Of a stretch of 64,000 nt of DNA, positions 37,301 through 47,589 are shown one piece after another. Origin of the DNA: an uncultured Bdellovibrionales bacterium (lineage in GTDB: Bacteria; Patescibacteriota; Minisyncoccia; Moranbacterales; UBA1568); NCBI GenBank assembly GCA_964444815.1, contig CAYUIR010000001.1, positions 4,520-68,519 on the forward strand, written 5' to 3'. The translations under genes were made by a program, and so were the position numbers. The notes under the pieces were generated by a model. That model worked only from the letters and a program-made list of their open reading frames with translations, was not told where the DNA came from and made no database searches. Each line of letters starts with the position of its first letter. Position 1 is the first letter of the stretch.

Positions 37301-38307
37301 ACTGACAGGGATTTATTAAGGGCGGATTGATATTCGTCTATCATACGTTCGAGTGAAAAGCGAAGGAGGGAATTCTCTCGACAATGACGCTTATATTCGG
37401 GCAATGTCAACGTGAGTTCGTACAGTTGTCGAGCAAAAAGAGCGGGGTCAATTTGTCGTCGTTTCCAGAAGGCATCTCCCTGTGTGGAGAGGAGGAGTCC
37501 AGTTTGGCCATGCTCGACTATTTCAGGCATTGCCCCATCACCGATCCCGCAGATAGGTAGTCCACAGGCAAGTGCCTCGAGAACATTGTTTGGACAGGGA
37601 GGGTTCAGATGGCTCAAGAGAAAAACATCGCACCCGCGTTCATACTTCGGTAGATCACTGTTGGCAATTTTACCAAGAAATACCACATTACTAAAGTGTG
37701 CGTACTCTTGAGGGATATGGGCCACTTCACGGCTAAATTGTCCCGCGATAACAAAGCGAAATCGATTATTGTACAGTTTTTTGTATTGAGCGATAGCTTG
37801 TAAGAGCGGGAGTATCTGATCCTTTCTGCGAAAATCAGAAACAGTAAAAAATACCATCTGATCCGGGTACTCACGGAGTGAGAGGGTTTCACCTTCGGGG
37901 CTGAAGAGTTGTGTATCGACCCCATTAAAAATGGTCGTACTGGGATCGGGATTTATTTTTCCGAGAAATGCTTCCACACAGCGCTGACTATATTTGCTCT
38001 GATAAATGCTGAAATCGGCAAAAAACCAGCGAGTGAGCATGGCTTTGAGATTGTAGAAAGGAAACTTCCAAGAGGCAACAGACCAATAGTACGTACCATC
38101 TAGACGTTGAACAATCTTTTTCCCACGCTTCTTGGCATCTAAGAGGTAGCGGAATGGCCCCTGCACGATAAGGAAAAGAACGTCGTAGTCCTCACGATAT
38201 TCAAAGAATACTTCATGACCATGCTTTTCCATGCCCGCTTTAAATTTGCTGGCAAAAATAGAAGTGCCACCAATATCTCTACGTGCAAATGGAATAAATA
38301 TCTTCAT
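37297..38307 (-). CDS. glycosyltransferase (GT4-like)
   Basis: 336 aa GT-B fold protein. ATGA overlaps at both ends. Confidence 0.7.
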   Translation of the reverse strand: MKIFIPFARRDIGGTSIFASKFKAGMEKHGHEVFFEYREDYDVLFLIVQGPFRYLLDAKKRGKKIVQRLDGTYYWSVASWKFPFYNLKAMLTRWFFADFSIYQSKYSQRCVEAFLGKINPDPSTTIFNGVDTQLFSPEGETLSLREYPDQMVFFTVSDFRRKDQILPLLQAIAQYKKLYNNRFRFVIAGQFSREVAHIPQEYAHFSNVVFLGKIANSDLPKYERGCDVFLLSHLNPPCPNNVLEALACGLPICGIGDGAMPEIVEHGQTGLLLSTQGDAFWKRRQIDPALFARQLYELTLTLPEYKRHCRENSLLRFSLERMIDEYQSALNKSLSV

Positions 38308-39107
38308 AAGTATGCTCGCTTACAACGTTTGATCCAATTCGGTGTCAGTATGACGATGAGTGGTTCGAGTATTGCCATATAATCAGTGAACGGTCGATTG
38401 TATGTCTTGAGATATTTCAATTGAGTCTTGATACACTGTCTCATTTGTGCGTTTTGCTTCGTTTGTGAGATACCTCCCTCGGCGTTACGGTAACAGAGTG
38501 TACTCTGTAAATTATACATTTTAGTATGCGGGAGCAGTCGAAGCCAGAGATCGTAGTCCTGACCGAATCTGACTTGCGTATCATAGCCACCAAGTTGTTG
38601 TACCAGCGCGGTATTAAATACGACACAGCTATGGGCAAAGGGGTTACGAATAAATATTCTTTTTCGTATCGCTGCATCATCCTCTGGACAGGTAATCTGT
38701 CGTTCACGGTGACGAGTCACGTTGGTGTAATTGCAACCGATGAGTCCGTATGAGGGATGCTCTTCCAAAAAGCTCCTCTGTTCAGCGAGTTTGGTAGCGT
38801 GCCACCAATCATCGGCATCGAGTCGAGCAGTATACTGAGTACTAATGCGTTTGAGGCCAGCATTGAGAGATCGAGTAAGACCGATATTTGTCTCGTTGTT
38901 GATGAGTAAAAAGCGATCATGACCGAAGTAAGATTGCCATTGATTGAGTCGGGCAGCGGTATCATCAGTAGAGCCGTCATTGACAGCGACAATACAGAAT
39001 TCTTGCCATGTTTGATCACGCAGACTTTCAAAAGTCCGGTCAAGGGTGTGTGCACTATTATACAGGGAAATAAGTACTGTGATACTCGCTTTAGATGGGA
39101 TCATCAT
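38304..39107 (-). CDS. GT2 glycosyltransferase
   Basis: ITVLISLYN...VAVNDGSTDDT...DADDWW. Start chosen at MMIPSK (39107), ATGA-coupled. Confidence 0.8.
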   Translation of the reverse strand: MMIPSKASITVLISLYNSAHTLDRTFESLRDQTWQEFCIVAVNDGSTDDTAARLNQWQSYFGHDRFLLINNETNIGLTRSLNAGLKRISTQYTARLDADDWWHATKLAEQRSFLEEHPSYGLIGCNYTNVTRHRERQITCPEDDAAIRKRIFIRNPFAHSCVVFNTALVQQLGGYDTQVRFGQDYDLWLRLLPHTKMYNLQSTLCYRNAEGGISQTKQNAQMRQCIKTQLKYLKTYNRPFTDYMAILEPLIVILTPNWIKRCKRAYL

Positions 39108-40219
39108 GATTGGGTCGCCGTCAAGAAATATTGCTTCCATCGGTCTGCCGTCGCATGAAGTTCATAGCGTTCCTCTATGCTCCGTGCGGCCGACCTCCCC
39201 AATCGCTCTCTTGCTTCAGAATCATTGAGCAGCGTGTCGAGCGCCTGTGTCAGGCTGGTAGTATCACCTACTGGACAGAGGAGACCGGTCTCGTTGTGGG
39301 TGACCAGCTCGCGATTCTCAGGAATATTTGTAGTTACGACTGGAAGTCCGGAGGCCATGGCTTCCATAATGGCGTTACACATGCCTTCAAAAAATGTGGG
39401 CAAGACAAAAACATGTGCTAGCTTGAGGAGTTTCGGGACATCAGATCTTTTCCCGAGAAATACAATGGATGCGTGAGAGAGATAATGTTCTCGTTGTTGC
39501 TCAAGTGAGTTTCGCTCATCTCCATCCCCAACAAGAAGAAGCTTGATATTTTGATTTCTCTGGAACAGTTGTTCAAACGCTTCGAGGAGATATCTGTGAC
39601 CTTTGTTGATATGCAAGTTGGCGACACAGATAAACACAATGTCTGTTGGTTGGATGCCTACTTCCTGGCGAAGTTGAGCGTCTGGTATCAGTGATCGAAA
39701 CAGCGAAGTATCCATGCCGGTGGTGAGAACGGTGATCTTTTGCTCAGGCACGTGAAATTTTTGTACGTAGGTCTCTTTGACGATGTGAGCGTTGGCGATG
39801 TACCCTTGGCAGAAATATCGTGTGAATCGCTCAATGAGGCGAGCATACCAATAACGAGGGAAGTTGTACGTGGTGGCAAGCGAAGAAACGACTTGGCAAG
39901 GGACAAAAGGTTGGACTATGAATCGTCCGACGAGATCTGCCACCAAGAGGTGAGAGACAATCAGGTCCGGCGCCAGTTTGTTGAGAAGTTCAATGAGTTT
40001 GATATAGGAATGAATATCAAGGAGGTGGGCCTGATGGAGGGAAAAAACGCGCAGACCACGCTCTTCAAATTGTGGGGAAAGCGAGCCACTCTGTCTGAGT
40101 GTCACAAACACGTGCTCAATATCTTTGCCAAGAAGAGGGAGCATACGGAGTTGTGACATTTCTGAACCGCCCCTTTCCAGCGTTGGAATGAGGTGTACAA
40201 CCTTGTGTCTAATGCTCAT
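39104..40219 (-). CDS. glycosyltransferase family 4
   Basis: FFEGMCNAIMEAMASGLPVVTTN. Confidence 0.85.
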   Translation of the reverse strand: MSIRHKVVHLIPTLERGGSEMSQLRMLPLLGKDIEHVFVTLRQSGSLSPQFEERGLRVFSLHQAHLLDIHSYIKLIELLNKLAPDLIVSHLLVADLVGRFIVQPFVPCQVVSSLATTYNFPRYWYARLIERFTRYFCQGYIANAHIVKETYVQKFHVPEQKITVLTTGMDTSLFRSLIPDAQLRQEVGIQPTDIVFICVANLHINKGHRYLLEAFEQLFQRNQNIKLLLVGDGDERNSLEQQREHYLSHASIVFLGKRSDVPKLLKLAHVFVLPTFFEGMCNAIMEAMASGLPVVTTNIPENRELVTHNETGLLCPVGDTTSLTQALDTLLNDSEARERLGRSAARSIEERYELHATADRWKQYFLTATQS

Positions 40220-41303
40220 AAGTACCTATGCAAGTTATGCCCGCTTCTGGGTGTTCGTATGCGTCGATACTATGGAGTTTGGCCGCATGAAACCATTGAC
40301 CAATTTCTTCCACAGTGTAGTAGTTGCTTTTTGGTGTGGCGAGGACGTCAAATGCATCGTTTAACTTCATATTGAAGGGGAAATTGGCATAATACGCGAA
40401 AGGAAGCTTTCTGGCATATTGCCCGAGTCCTAACGTTTCAAGGAATTTCCCAAAAAGGTTGATGGAATGGACTATGCCGCCAGGAATGTAGCACAGTTTG
40501 AAGAGTAGGGGCTTGGAGAGGTGACGAAGGACAGAACGTAGCGGCTCATAGAAATAAAGTGCTCGGGCGTTGTTGCGACGGTTGTAGACCCAGATAAGCA
40601 TCTGGCCTCCTCGCTTCAAGACTTTGGGTAGCGCAGTAAAACCATTTTGTGGCTCAGGGAGATGATGGAGGACACCGATGGAATAGGCGATATCAAAAAT
40701 ATTTTGAAATGGCATGGCATAGATATCTGCCTGAACGATACATACATTGGGAAGGGTATAGGTCATTTGATACGCGACCTCGACACTTTCTCCGAGATCG
40801 GAACCGAAAGATACTTTGGTTCCAGAGAGAGCAGCCCATTTGGTGAATCGACCAGACCCGCAGCCGATATCAAGTGTCGTTTGACCGGCGAGACTTTCTT
40901 CTTTGAGAAATGGCGCAAGAAAATGAAAAAAGTTGTTTTTTTCATAAGTGTTCTCCTTGTAGATGTATTTCCATTCGTATGCGAAGCTTTCGGCAGTTTT
41001 CTTCTGATGTTTGAGGAAGGCATCGAGATCAGAAATGGCGTCGATAGCTTGCTGCCATTCACTCCGAACATGTTCAGGCATCTCTCCTTTGTACTTTTCG
41101 AAAAAAGCGTAGCGAGATTGTAGTGCTTGTACCTTGAGTTCTCCCAAAAGAATGCGAGGAATGCTGTTCACGATGGGGTACCAGTTTGTACCGCTTATGA
41201 GCAGGCCCGATATGACATGTCCGTCGGCTTCCTTGAATTTGAGAATTTGAAATGGGGTGGCGGTCGTTGGGTCTGAGAGGTACGGGAGATGTGCTTCACG
41301 CAT
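40209..41303 (-). CDS. SAM-dependent methyltransferase (class I) with N-terminal extra domain
   Basis: LDIGCGSGRFT motif I and LKRGGQMLIWVY. Confidence 0.7.
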   Translation of the reverse strand: MREAHLPYLSDPTTATPFQILKFKEADGHVISGLLISGTNWYPIVNSIPRILLGELKVQALQSRYAFFEKYKGEMPEHVRSEWQQAIDAISDLDAFLKHQKKTAESFAYEWKYIYKENTYEKNNFFHFLAPFLKEESLAGQTTLDIGCGSGRFTKWAALSGTKVSFGSDLGESVEVAYQMTYTLPNVCIVQADIYAMPFQNIFDIAYSIGVLHHLPEPQNGFTALPKVLKRGGQMLIWVYNRRNNARALYFYEPLRSVLRHLSKPLLFKLCYIPGGIVHSINLFGKFLETLGLGQYARKLPFAYYANFPFNMKLNDAFDVLATPKSNYYTVEEIGQWFHAAKLHSIDAYEHPEAGITCIGTYEH

Positions 41304-41357
41304 AGCTTTGTCTTACGGCTTATCGGAGATTAACAGTTGCTTATCTCAGCCATTTTA

Positions 41358-43250
41358 TCATTCTTTGAAGAATTCTTCAAACCAGAGTTCGAGGGTGAGG
41401 AGTGCCCAGATATGAGGAGAAAAGTTGATGTCCGTGGAGGTGTGAGAGTGGAGAATATCCTCTATAGCATCACGTTTGAAAAGGTTCCGCTTCACGAGTT
41501 GGCCATCCAAGAGTTTCCCCGCGGCATAGTCTTTGAGTTCACCCCGAAACCAAGCGTCAATAGGGACGCCAAACCCCATCTTGGGTCGGAACATGACTTC
41601 ATCAGGGAGGATGCCACGGAGAGCCTCCTTCAGGATGTACTTCTTGTTATTCAGACCTTTGAGCTTGAGAGAGAAAGGGATTTGAGCCGAAAGTTCGAGG
41701 AGTTCATGGTCGAGAAATGGAGAGCGTCCTTCGAGAGCTACTGACATAGTAGCAATATCGACTTTTGTCAAAAGATCTTCGGGGAGATAGGTAGCAAAAT
41801 CAGCGTACACCGCTTGTTCTGTTCGATTGTTTGATCCTGATTCCAGGAAGCGAGAGGCGATGATGTCGTAGGTATCATGACCCGCTATTTTTTTCTTGAA
41901 CGTATCGGTATAGAGATTGTCTTTCTGCTCATTGGTGAAATAGGCTGTGTAGGAGAGATAGCGACGTCGATAGTCGTCCGAGAGACTCTGTGAAAACCGG
42001 TAGAGACGATCAAAAAAAGTATTTTTGACATATCGAGCCAAGAGTCGGGTGGCTGGTATGCCTACGAGGTGGTTGAGCCAGTCGAAGTGATCGAGTACTG
42101 TAGAAACCTGAAAGGCTGAATAGCGGGTGTAGCCAGCGAAGTTCTCGTCACCACCATCACCATTGAGAGCCACAGTCACATGATCTCTTGTGAGCTTGGA
42201 GACATAGTACGTGGGGAGGGCACTTGAGTCAGCAAAGGGCTCTTCATACTGACGAACAAGCATGGGGAGGAGCTCGACAGCATCGGGTTTGACGATGAAT
42301 TCAGTGTGATTGGTTTTGAATTTTTCTGCGATGATTTTGGCGTACTTGAGCTCATTGTATTTCTCTTCCTCGAAGCCAATAGAGAAGGTTTTAATAGGGG
42401 ATTTCGAATGTTTGGCCATCAAAGCCACGATGGCGCTCGAATCAATACCTCCGGAAAGAAACGCACCGATTGGAACATCGGAAATCATGCGGAGTCTGAC
42501 AGATTCGTCGAGTTTTTCGAGAATACGTTTCTTCCACTCTGATTCAGAAAGGCGGACCTTTTTTGAATAATCGAGTTTCCAGTAGCGTTCCTTTTTGACG
42601 GACTTGGTCTTGAGGTCGATAGTGAGAGAGTGGGCAGGCTCGAGTTTCTTGATACCTACGAACCCGGTGAGGGGCGCTGGAACGTACTGGAGGGTCAAAT
42701 AATGATGAATAGCGAGGTAATCAGGCTCTTTGTGGTATTCCGGCTGAGTCAGGATGGCCTTGAGCTCTGAGGCGAATAGAAAGACGTTGTCGTCGTGGTA
42801 GTACTTGAAAGGCTTTTTCCCGACACGGTCACGGGCACAGAAAAGTATTTGCTCTTGTTCGTCATAGATGGCAAAGGCAAACATGCCACGGAGATGATCG
42901 AGGCAATGTTCTCGGTATTTGTCGTAGAGTGCCAGGATGACCTCGGTATCGGAGTGTGAAGCAAATGTATAGCCATCCTGCTCGAGCATGGTTCGTTTCT
43001 CCTCAAAATTGTAGATTTCACCGTTGAATACAATCTCGTACCGGTCCAAATAACGCATAGGCTGATGACCGAGAGGGGAGAGGTCGATGATAGAGAGGCG
43101 CCGGTGACCCAGGCCAACTTTACTATCAGGCGAGATATAGACTCCGTCGTCATCGGGACCACGGTGCTTGATAGCATCATTCATCATCTCAATTTCTTGA
43201 GGTGAGACATTGTGATCTTTATAGGAAATTTTTCCAGCGATACCGCACAT
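41358..43250 (-). CDS. asnB: asparagine synthase (glutamine-hydrolysing)-family amidotransferase
   Basis: Start at MCGIAG (43250, the Cys2 nucleophile), with an Ntn glutaminase domain. The SGGIDSS PP-loop motif of the synthetase domain is present. Confidence 0.88.
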   Translation of the reverse strand: MCGIAGKISYKDHNVSPQEIEMMNDAIKHRGPDDDGVYISPDSKVGLGHRRLSIIDLSPLGHQPMRYLDRYEIVFNGEIYNFEEKRTMLEQDGYTFASHSDTEVILALYDKYREHCLDHLRGMFAFAIYDEQEQILFCARDRVGKKPFKYYHDDNVFLFASELKAILTQPEYHKEPDYLAIHHYLTLQYVPAPLTGFVGIKKLEPAHSLTIDLKTKSVKKERYWKLDYSKKVRLSESEWKKRILEKLDESVRLRMISDVPIGAFLSGGIDSSAIVALMAKHSKSPIKTFSIGFEEEKYNELKYAKIIAEKFKTNHTEFIVKPDAVELLPMLVRQYEEPFADSSALPTYYVSKLTRDHVTVALNGDGGDENFAGYTRYSAFQVSTVLDHFDWLNHLVGIPATRLLARYVKNTFFDRLYRFSQSLSDDYRRRYLSYTAYFTNEQKDNLYTDTFKKKIAGHDTYDIIASRFLESGSNNRTEQAVYADFATYLPEDLLTKVDIATMSVALEGRSPFLDHELLELSAQIPFSLKLKGLNNKKYILKEALRGILPDEVMFRPKMGFGVPIDAWFRGELKDYAAGKLLDGQLVKRNLFKRDAIEDILHSHTSTDINFSPHIWALLTLELWFEEFFKE

Positions 43251-43259
43251 AGATTGCAA

Positions 43260-44423
43260 TTAAGTTTTTTTGTCAGACACCATGCGCTGAAATATTTCTA
43301 TATACCTGATTGCAGATATGTCCCAGTTGAATTTGTTTCGGACCTCTTCATACGCATTCTGCGAAAATGTGTTTCGGAGTTCCGGATTTTCGACAAGAAG
43401 AGTGATTTTCTCGGCAATCAAACTGGATTGACCTGGCGGGATAAGAAATCCATCATGAGTACCTGAGATGACCTCTGGTGTGCCACCTACTTCCGTGGCG
43501 ATAATCGCTTTGCGACATAGAGCTGCTTCCGTAACAGAAGTAGGGAGGCCCTCAGTGTAGCTCGGATTGACGACAATATCTGAAGTTTTCAATGTGCTTA
43601 TGGCTTCTTCATATGCCAGATTGCCAAAGAAAACAACCTGGTCGTTCAATTGGTGCATGCTAACCATTTCCTTGAGTCGAGCTTCATCTGGACCGCTGCC
43701 GATAATATAGGTGAGGATATCGGTTCGTCTAAGGAGCGCTAGAGCTGAGATGAGATCATGTGCTCCTTTGCCGTCAATCAGGCGTCCGATAAAGGCGATG
43801 ATTGTTTTCCCCTGATATCGATGGACAAGTTCTTGACGCGGCGCGAAACTTTCGATGAGTTCGCTGTTTGCTCCGCGATAGATAACTGCTACATCGGACC
43901 TCCCTGAGAGGTATGATACAAACTGGGCAGAGGCTTTTGAATTGGCTACGATGGTATCGGCATATTTCAAAACTAGACGTCCGATGAGCCAATCATAGAG
44001 TTTGCCAATCGCTGTTTTAACTCGACTGTGAAAGTGAGCAAAATCTGAACCGTGTTCTATATGGAGGAGTGGAGTAGTACGAGTTTTGGCGTACCAGAGA
44101 GCCATCAGTGATGGAAAGAAAAAGCGAGTTCGTGAGATGACGACATCATAGTTATCAGAACAAAGCGTCGCCCATAATTGCCAAAATCGTATGCTCCAAA
44201 ATGCTGGGAAAGGGTAGTTGTGAAATAGTTCACAAGCAGGAAAACGAATGATGCGAACATTCTGAAAGCGAACTTCAGAAGCTGAAGCATGACTCGGTAG
44301 TTGAGGCGTGAATACCGTAATCTGAACACCACGAGCTGATACGTGCTTGTTGAATTCATCGCTATGACTTTCGAGTCCGCCAACGTGTGGTGGATAAAAG
44401 GGTGAGAAAACAAGTATGTGCAT
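43260..44423 (-). CDS. glycosyltransferase family 4
   Basis: Start at MHILVFSPFYPPHVGG (44423). C-terminal YTEGLPTSVTEAALCRKAIIAT. Confidence 0.8.
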   Translation of the reverse strand: MHILVFSPFYPPHVGGLESHSDEFNKHVSARGVQITVFTPQLPSHASASEVRFQNVRIIRFPACELFHNYPFPAFWSIRFWQLWATLCSDNYDVVISRTRFFFPSLMALWYAKTRTTPLLHIEHGSDFAHFHSRVKTAIGKLYDWLIGRLVLKYADTIVANSKASAQFVSYLSGRSDVAVIYRGANSELIESFAPRQELVHRYQGKTIIAFIGRLIDGKGAHDLISALALLRRTDILTYIIGSGPDEARLKEMVSMHQLNDQVVFFGNLAYEEAISTLKTSDIVVNPSYTEGLPTSVTEAALCRKAIIATEVGGTPEVISGTHDGFLIPPGQSSLIAEKITLLVENPELRNTFSQNAYEEVRNKFNWDISAIRYIEIFQRMVSDKKT

Positions 44424-44427
44424 ATCG

Positions 44428-46533
44428 CTATTGTAGCACTTTCCAGAGAACGATTTCATCTCCTGGAGCGGAGTAGACTCGTCTGAACTTATCGGGAAGT
44501 TGGTCAAATATGAGTATGTCGAAACTCTGGCTAGCCTTAGAATATGGACGATTTACATAAGGATTGAGGGGGTTTTCTTTTGAAAAGTACACGTACACGT
44601 TCTCGATTTCGCACGGTACCTCCTTCGGCGCTTTGCTGTCATCAAGAATGCTTTTCACGACTGTAACTTCTTGGGATATCTTGTCGAGCTCTCGGATAGC
44701 CGATGGTAGGTCGGATACCAGGTACCCCCCAAGCAGACTTACGGACTCTTGGATCTGTAGCCACTGCTCATGTGTATGGCTAGTCGTTGTGCTGCACTGC
44801 TCTTGGACTGTGGTTAATATCGTACGGTCGAGGACCGTGAGGTCAGTATACAGCGCACTGTTTTGTACATCGACAATATGTTTGTTCGTAAACGTGCGCA
44901 GTATACTCCAGTCCCTGCTCGTGAGGATGGTACTCTCATTTGATAGTTCAGATTCGATCCATTTGGCTGATGGGAGCGCATACGCCGGTACCAGGTGTTT
45001 CTTAAGTGAGTTGACATATGTTGCAGCAATGATGTTGATGCCAATAGTCAGGCAGAAGATGACCGAAATCACGCGTAATTGCCCCAGTGTGAGATATGGC
45101 ATCATAACTGGCACAAGAAGTAGTAGAATCACGCCAGCAAACCCCCAGGCACGTTCAGGCAGAAAGGCTATACTCAGAAGTCGAGGTAACACTTCAGCCA
45201 AGGTAAAAAAGAAAACAAAGAGAAGCGCTAAAATGAGCGGGGTGTCAGTAGGTCGGATAGACCTCAAACGATGGCGGTTCTTCCAAACGAGGTACAACAG
45301 AAGGACACAAGCAGCAGCAACTGCTGGGCCAACGTAGTATGTGTAGTATTTGAGTAAACCAATACCGTTTCCCCACCCGACAGACCGACCATCGATGTTT
45401 ACGTATGTGAGTGGAAATGACCAGTTGCTATGCCAGTTGCTCATGGAGTGAAGAATCCTGACCCCCCAATTTTTGAAAAACAGGAGCATGGGAAGGAATT
45501 TTTCACCGTGAGAAATGAAGAGTATGGCGAGTAACAAACTCGTAGTTTTGTGGTCGAGTATCCAGTTTTTGAGACCATTGCGATAGAGCCATAGTGTTCC
45601 GATGAGCCATGGTGCGAATAAGAGTACAGACATCTCGTGATAAAAGTAGGCGAGTATGAGTATGAGCCCACCAATCAGATGAAAATATGTTTGTTTGGTG
45701 AGCCAAGAATAAACCGTAAATTGAAGTGAAAAAATTAGACAAATACTAAATATTGCCTGTGGAATTGGAAGGGTATAGTACAGAATGGTCGATGCACTTG
45801 AGAGCGGGAGGAGGAGCAACATGAGCTGGACGCGAGGATGACGGTACTGTGTGGCTATGAGTAGACTCGGGAGCAATATCAAAAGAAACATCCCTGGGAT
45901 GACAAACTTGAAGAAGGTAAAAATATTCGGCGCAATACTGATAGTAAAGATATAGGTGAACGAAGAGAGTAGGGGGCGGTACGAACCAAGTGTGGCAAGC
46001 TGATTCGCATCGAGTTCGTCTCGAATTTTGAGGAGCCAGTAATAAGGATCGCTATCAGGAAGTGTAGGGTAACTTGATACGATGATGATATAGGTGGTGA
46101 AATAACAGAATATAGCGCCTACGAGCGGCCAAGTGGCATTTGCGCGAAAAAGAGACGTTGTAGAAAGAGATTGACCTAAAAATTGTGGGTTGACTGTTAT
46201 AGCCACTAGGAATGTGATCAACGTGTTGAGAACAATGATTTCCCGGGATACGATTCCCAATAGAGAGTATTCAATCGTAACCAGAAGCGGTTGCAAGAGA
46301 AGGGCAAAGACGGCCACGAGAGAGATTTTCTCGAGGGGATCCCACGTTTTACGAAGCATTTTTTCTACAATCGAGAGAACGTTGAAACTTATGAGTGGGA
46401 GCGCAATCACAAAAACAACACCTCTCATGAGAGGGTTCAGGGCGTTAAAGGACAGCGCCTCGAGTATGAGCAAAATACCGTAAAGCAAAAAACTCGAAAC
46501 GTTTATCCAAAACAGATTGCCAAAAGTGTTCAT
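44428..46533 (-). CDS. large polytopic membrane protein, O-antigen-polymerase/GT-C-like
   Basis: 701 aa with at least 14 TM helices and a ~170 aa soluble C-terminal domain. Confidence 0.5.
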   Translation of the reverse strand: MNTFGNLFWINVSSFLLYGILLILEALSFNALNPLMRGVVFVIALPLISFNVLSIVEKMLRKTWDPLEKISLVAVFALLLQPLLVTIEYSLLGIVSREIIVLNTLITFLVAITVNPQFLGQSLSTTSLFRANATWPLVGAIFCYFTTYIIIVSSYPTLPDSDPYYWLLKIRDELDANQLATLGSYRPLLSSFTYIFTISIAPNIFTFFKFVIPGMFLLILLPSLLIATQYRHPRVQLMLLLLPLSSASTILYYTLPIPQAIFSICLIFSLQFTVYSWLTKQTYFHLIGGLILILAYFYHEMSVLLFAPWLIGTLWLYRNGLKNWILDHKTTSLLLAILFISHGEKFLPMLLFFKNWGVRILHSMSNWHSNWSFPLTYVNIDGRSVGWGNGIGLLKYYTYYVGPAVAAACVLLLYLVWKNRHRLRSIRPTDTPLILALLFVFFFTLAEVLPRLLSIAFLPERAWGFAGVILLLLVPVMMPYLTLGQLRVISVIFCLTIGINIIAATYVNSLKKHLVPAYALPSAKWIESELSNESTILTSRDWSILRTFTNKHIVDVQNSALYTDLTVLDRTILTTVQEQCSTTTSHTHEQWLQIQESVSLLGGYLVSDLPSAIRELDKISQEVTVVKSILDDSKAPKEVPCEIENVYVYFSKENPLNPYVNRPYSKASQSFDILIFDQLPDKFRRVYSAPGDEIVLWKVLQ

Positions 46534-46904
46534 TATTTGGTGTTCTTGATTGAATCGATGTTCGCACGTTCGAGGGTCTTTTGTCGGGTCAAAATAGTCA
46601 TTTGTTGCTCGAGGCGCTCAATGGCAGCCAGAAGTTTAAAAATCATGAGAAACACAAGAATAAATCCGGTGAGTATGACAGCGTTAATATTTCCCTCTAT
46701 GCCAATGATGTCGGCAAGGACGTTACTAAAATCTGGAAAGAGTACAATTGTTGCCATTCCGCCCCATACAATAACCCTTACCCCTAGCTTGAGAATAGTC
46801 TGGTGGTTTTTTCCTTTCATGAAATCGCTGATACCTTGAAAGAGCATGAACCCAGCAAGGATTAGTATAATGACTTGGTAGAGCTGTAAGTGACTCAGAT
46901 TCAT
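46533..46904 (-). CDS. DUF2304-like small membrane protein (partner of GT2)
   Basis: 123 aa with 3-4 TM helices and a C-terminal coiled segment. Lies immediately downstream of a soluble GT2. Confidence 0.5.
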   Translation of the reverse strand: MNLSHLQLYQVIILILAGFMLFQGISDFMKGKNHQTILKLGVRVIVWGGMATIVLFPDFSNVLADIIGIEGNINAVILTGFILVFLMIFKLLAAIERLEQQMTILTRQKTLERANIDSIKNTK

Positions 46905-46914
46905 ATGCGTGCGA

Positions 46915-47586
46915 TTAAGAAATGAGGTTGAATATTATTTTGTAGATTGTTTTTAGGCCATTCACAAATCCTTGCTTCTGTACTTTTCCCATGGAGTACT
47001 CAGTGTAGCGCACTTCGATAGGAACTTCTTTGTATTTTAATTTATAAAGGTATATTTCTCGAATGACTTCGCTATCGTATTCATACCGGTCTGTTTTGGT
47101 ATTGATGAGTTCAGAAGCATGTCGAGAGTAGGCGCGAAATCCGGACTGACTATCAGAAACGTAGAGTCCGTAGAAGTACCAAGTGAGTGCGTTGCCGATA
47201 TGATTGGCGATTATTTTGTACCAGGGCATACCCTTGGGATTCTTCAGGCGCGTTCCGAGGACTACATCACAGTGATTCTTCCTAATTGGTTCGATGAGGC
47301 GGGCGATATCGCTTGGATTGTGCTGACCGTCGCTATCCATGGTGACTATGATACCTGCTCCAAGCAGTTTGGCGGCTTCAATGCCGGTTTTAGTGGCGGC
47401 GCCTTTGCCCCGGTTGATAGGATGACGGAGCGATATAACTCCATCCATCGTCTGTACTTTTTCGTAGGTATCATCACTACTACCGTCATCAACAACAATG
47501 ATATTTCGATATCCAACAGCTTGAATTTCCCGGAGGACATCTTGGATAATTTTGGCTTCATTGTAGGCTGGCAGAACGATCCACAT
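46915..47586 (-). CDS. GT2 glycosyltransferase (DPM1-like, soluble)
   Basis: WIVLPAYNE, VVDDGSSDDT and TMDSDGQH motifs. Confidence 0.85.
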   Translation of the reverse strand: MWIVLPAYNEAKIIQDVLREIQAVGYRNIIVVDDGSSDDTYEKVQTMDGVISLRHPINRGKGAATKTGIEAAKLLGAGIIVTMDSDGQHNPSDIARLIEPIRKNHCDVVLGTRLKNPKGMPWYKIIANHIGNALTWYFYGLYVSDSQSGFRAYSRHASELINTKTDRYEYDSEVIREIYLYKLKYKEVPIEVRYTEYSMGKVQKQGFVNGLKTIYKIIFNLIS

Positions 47587-47589
47587 AGG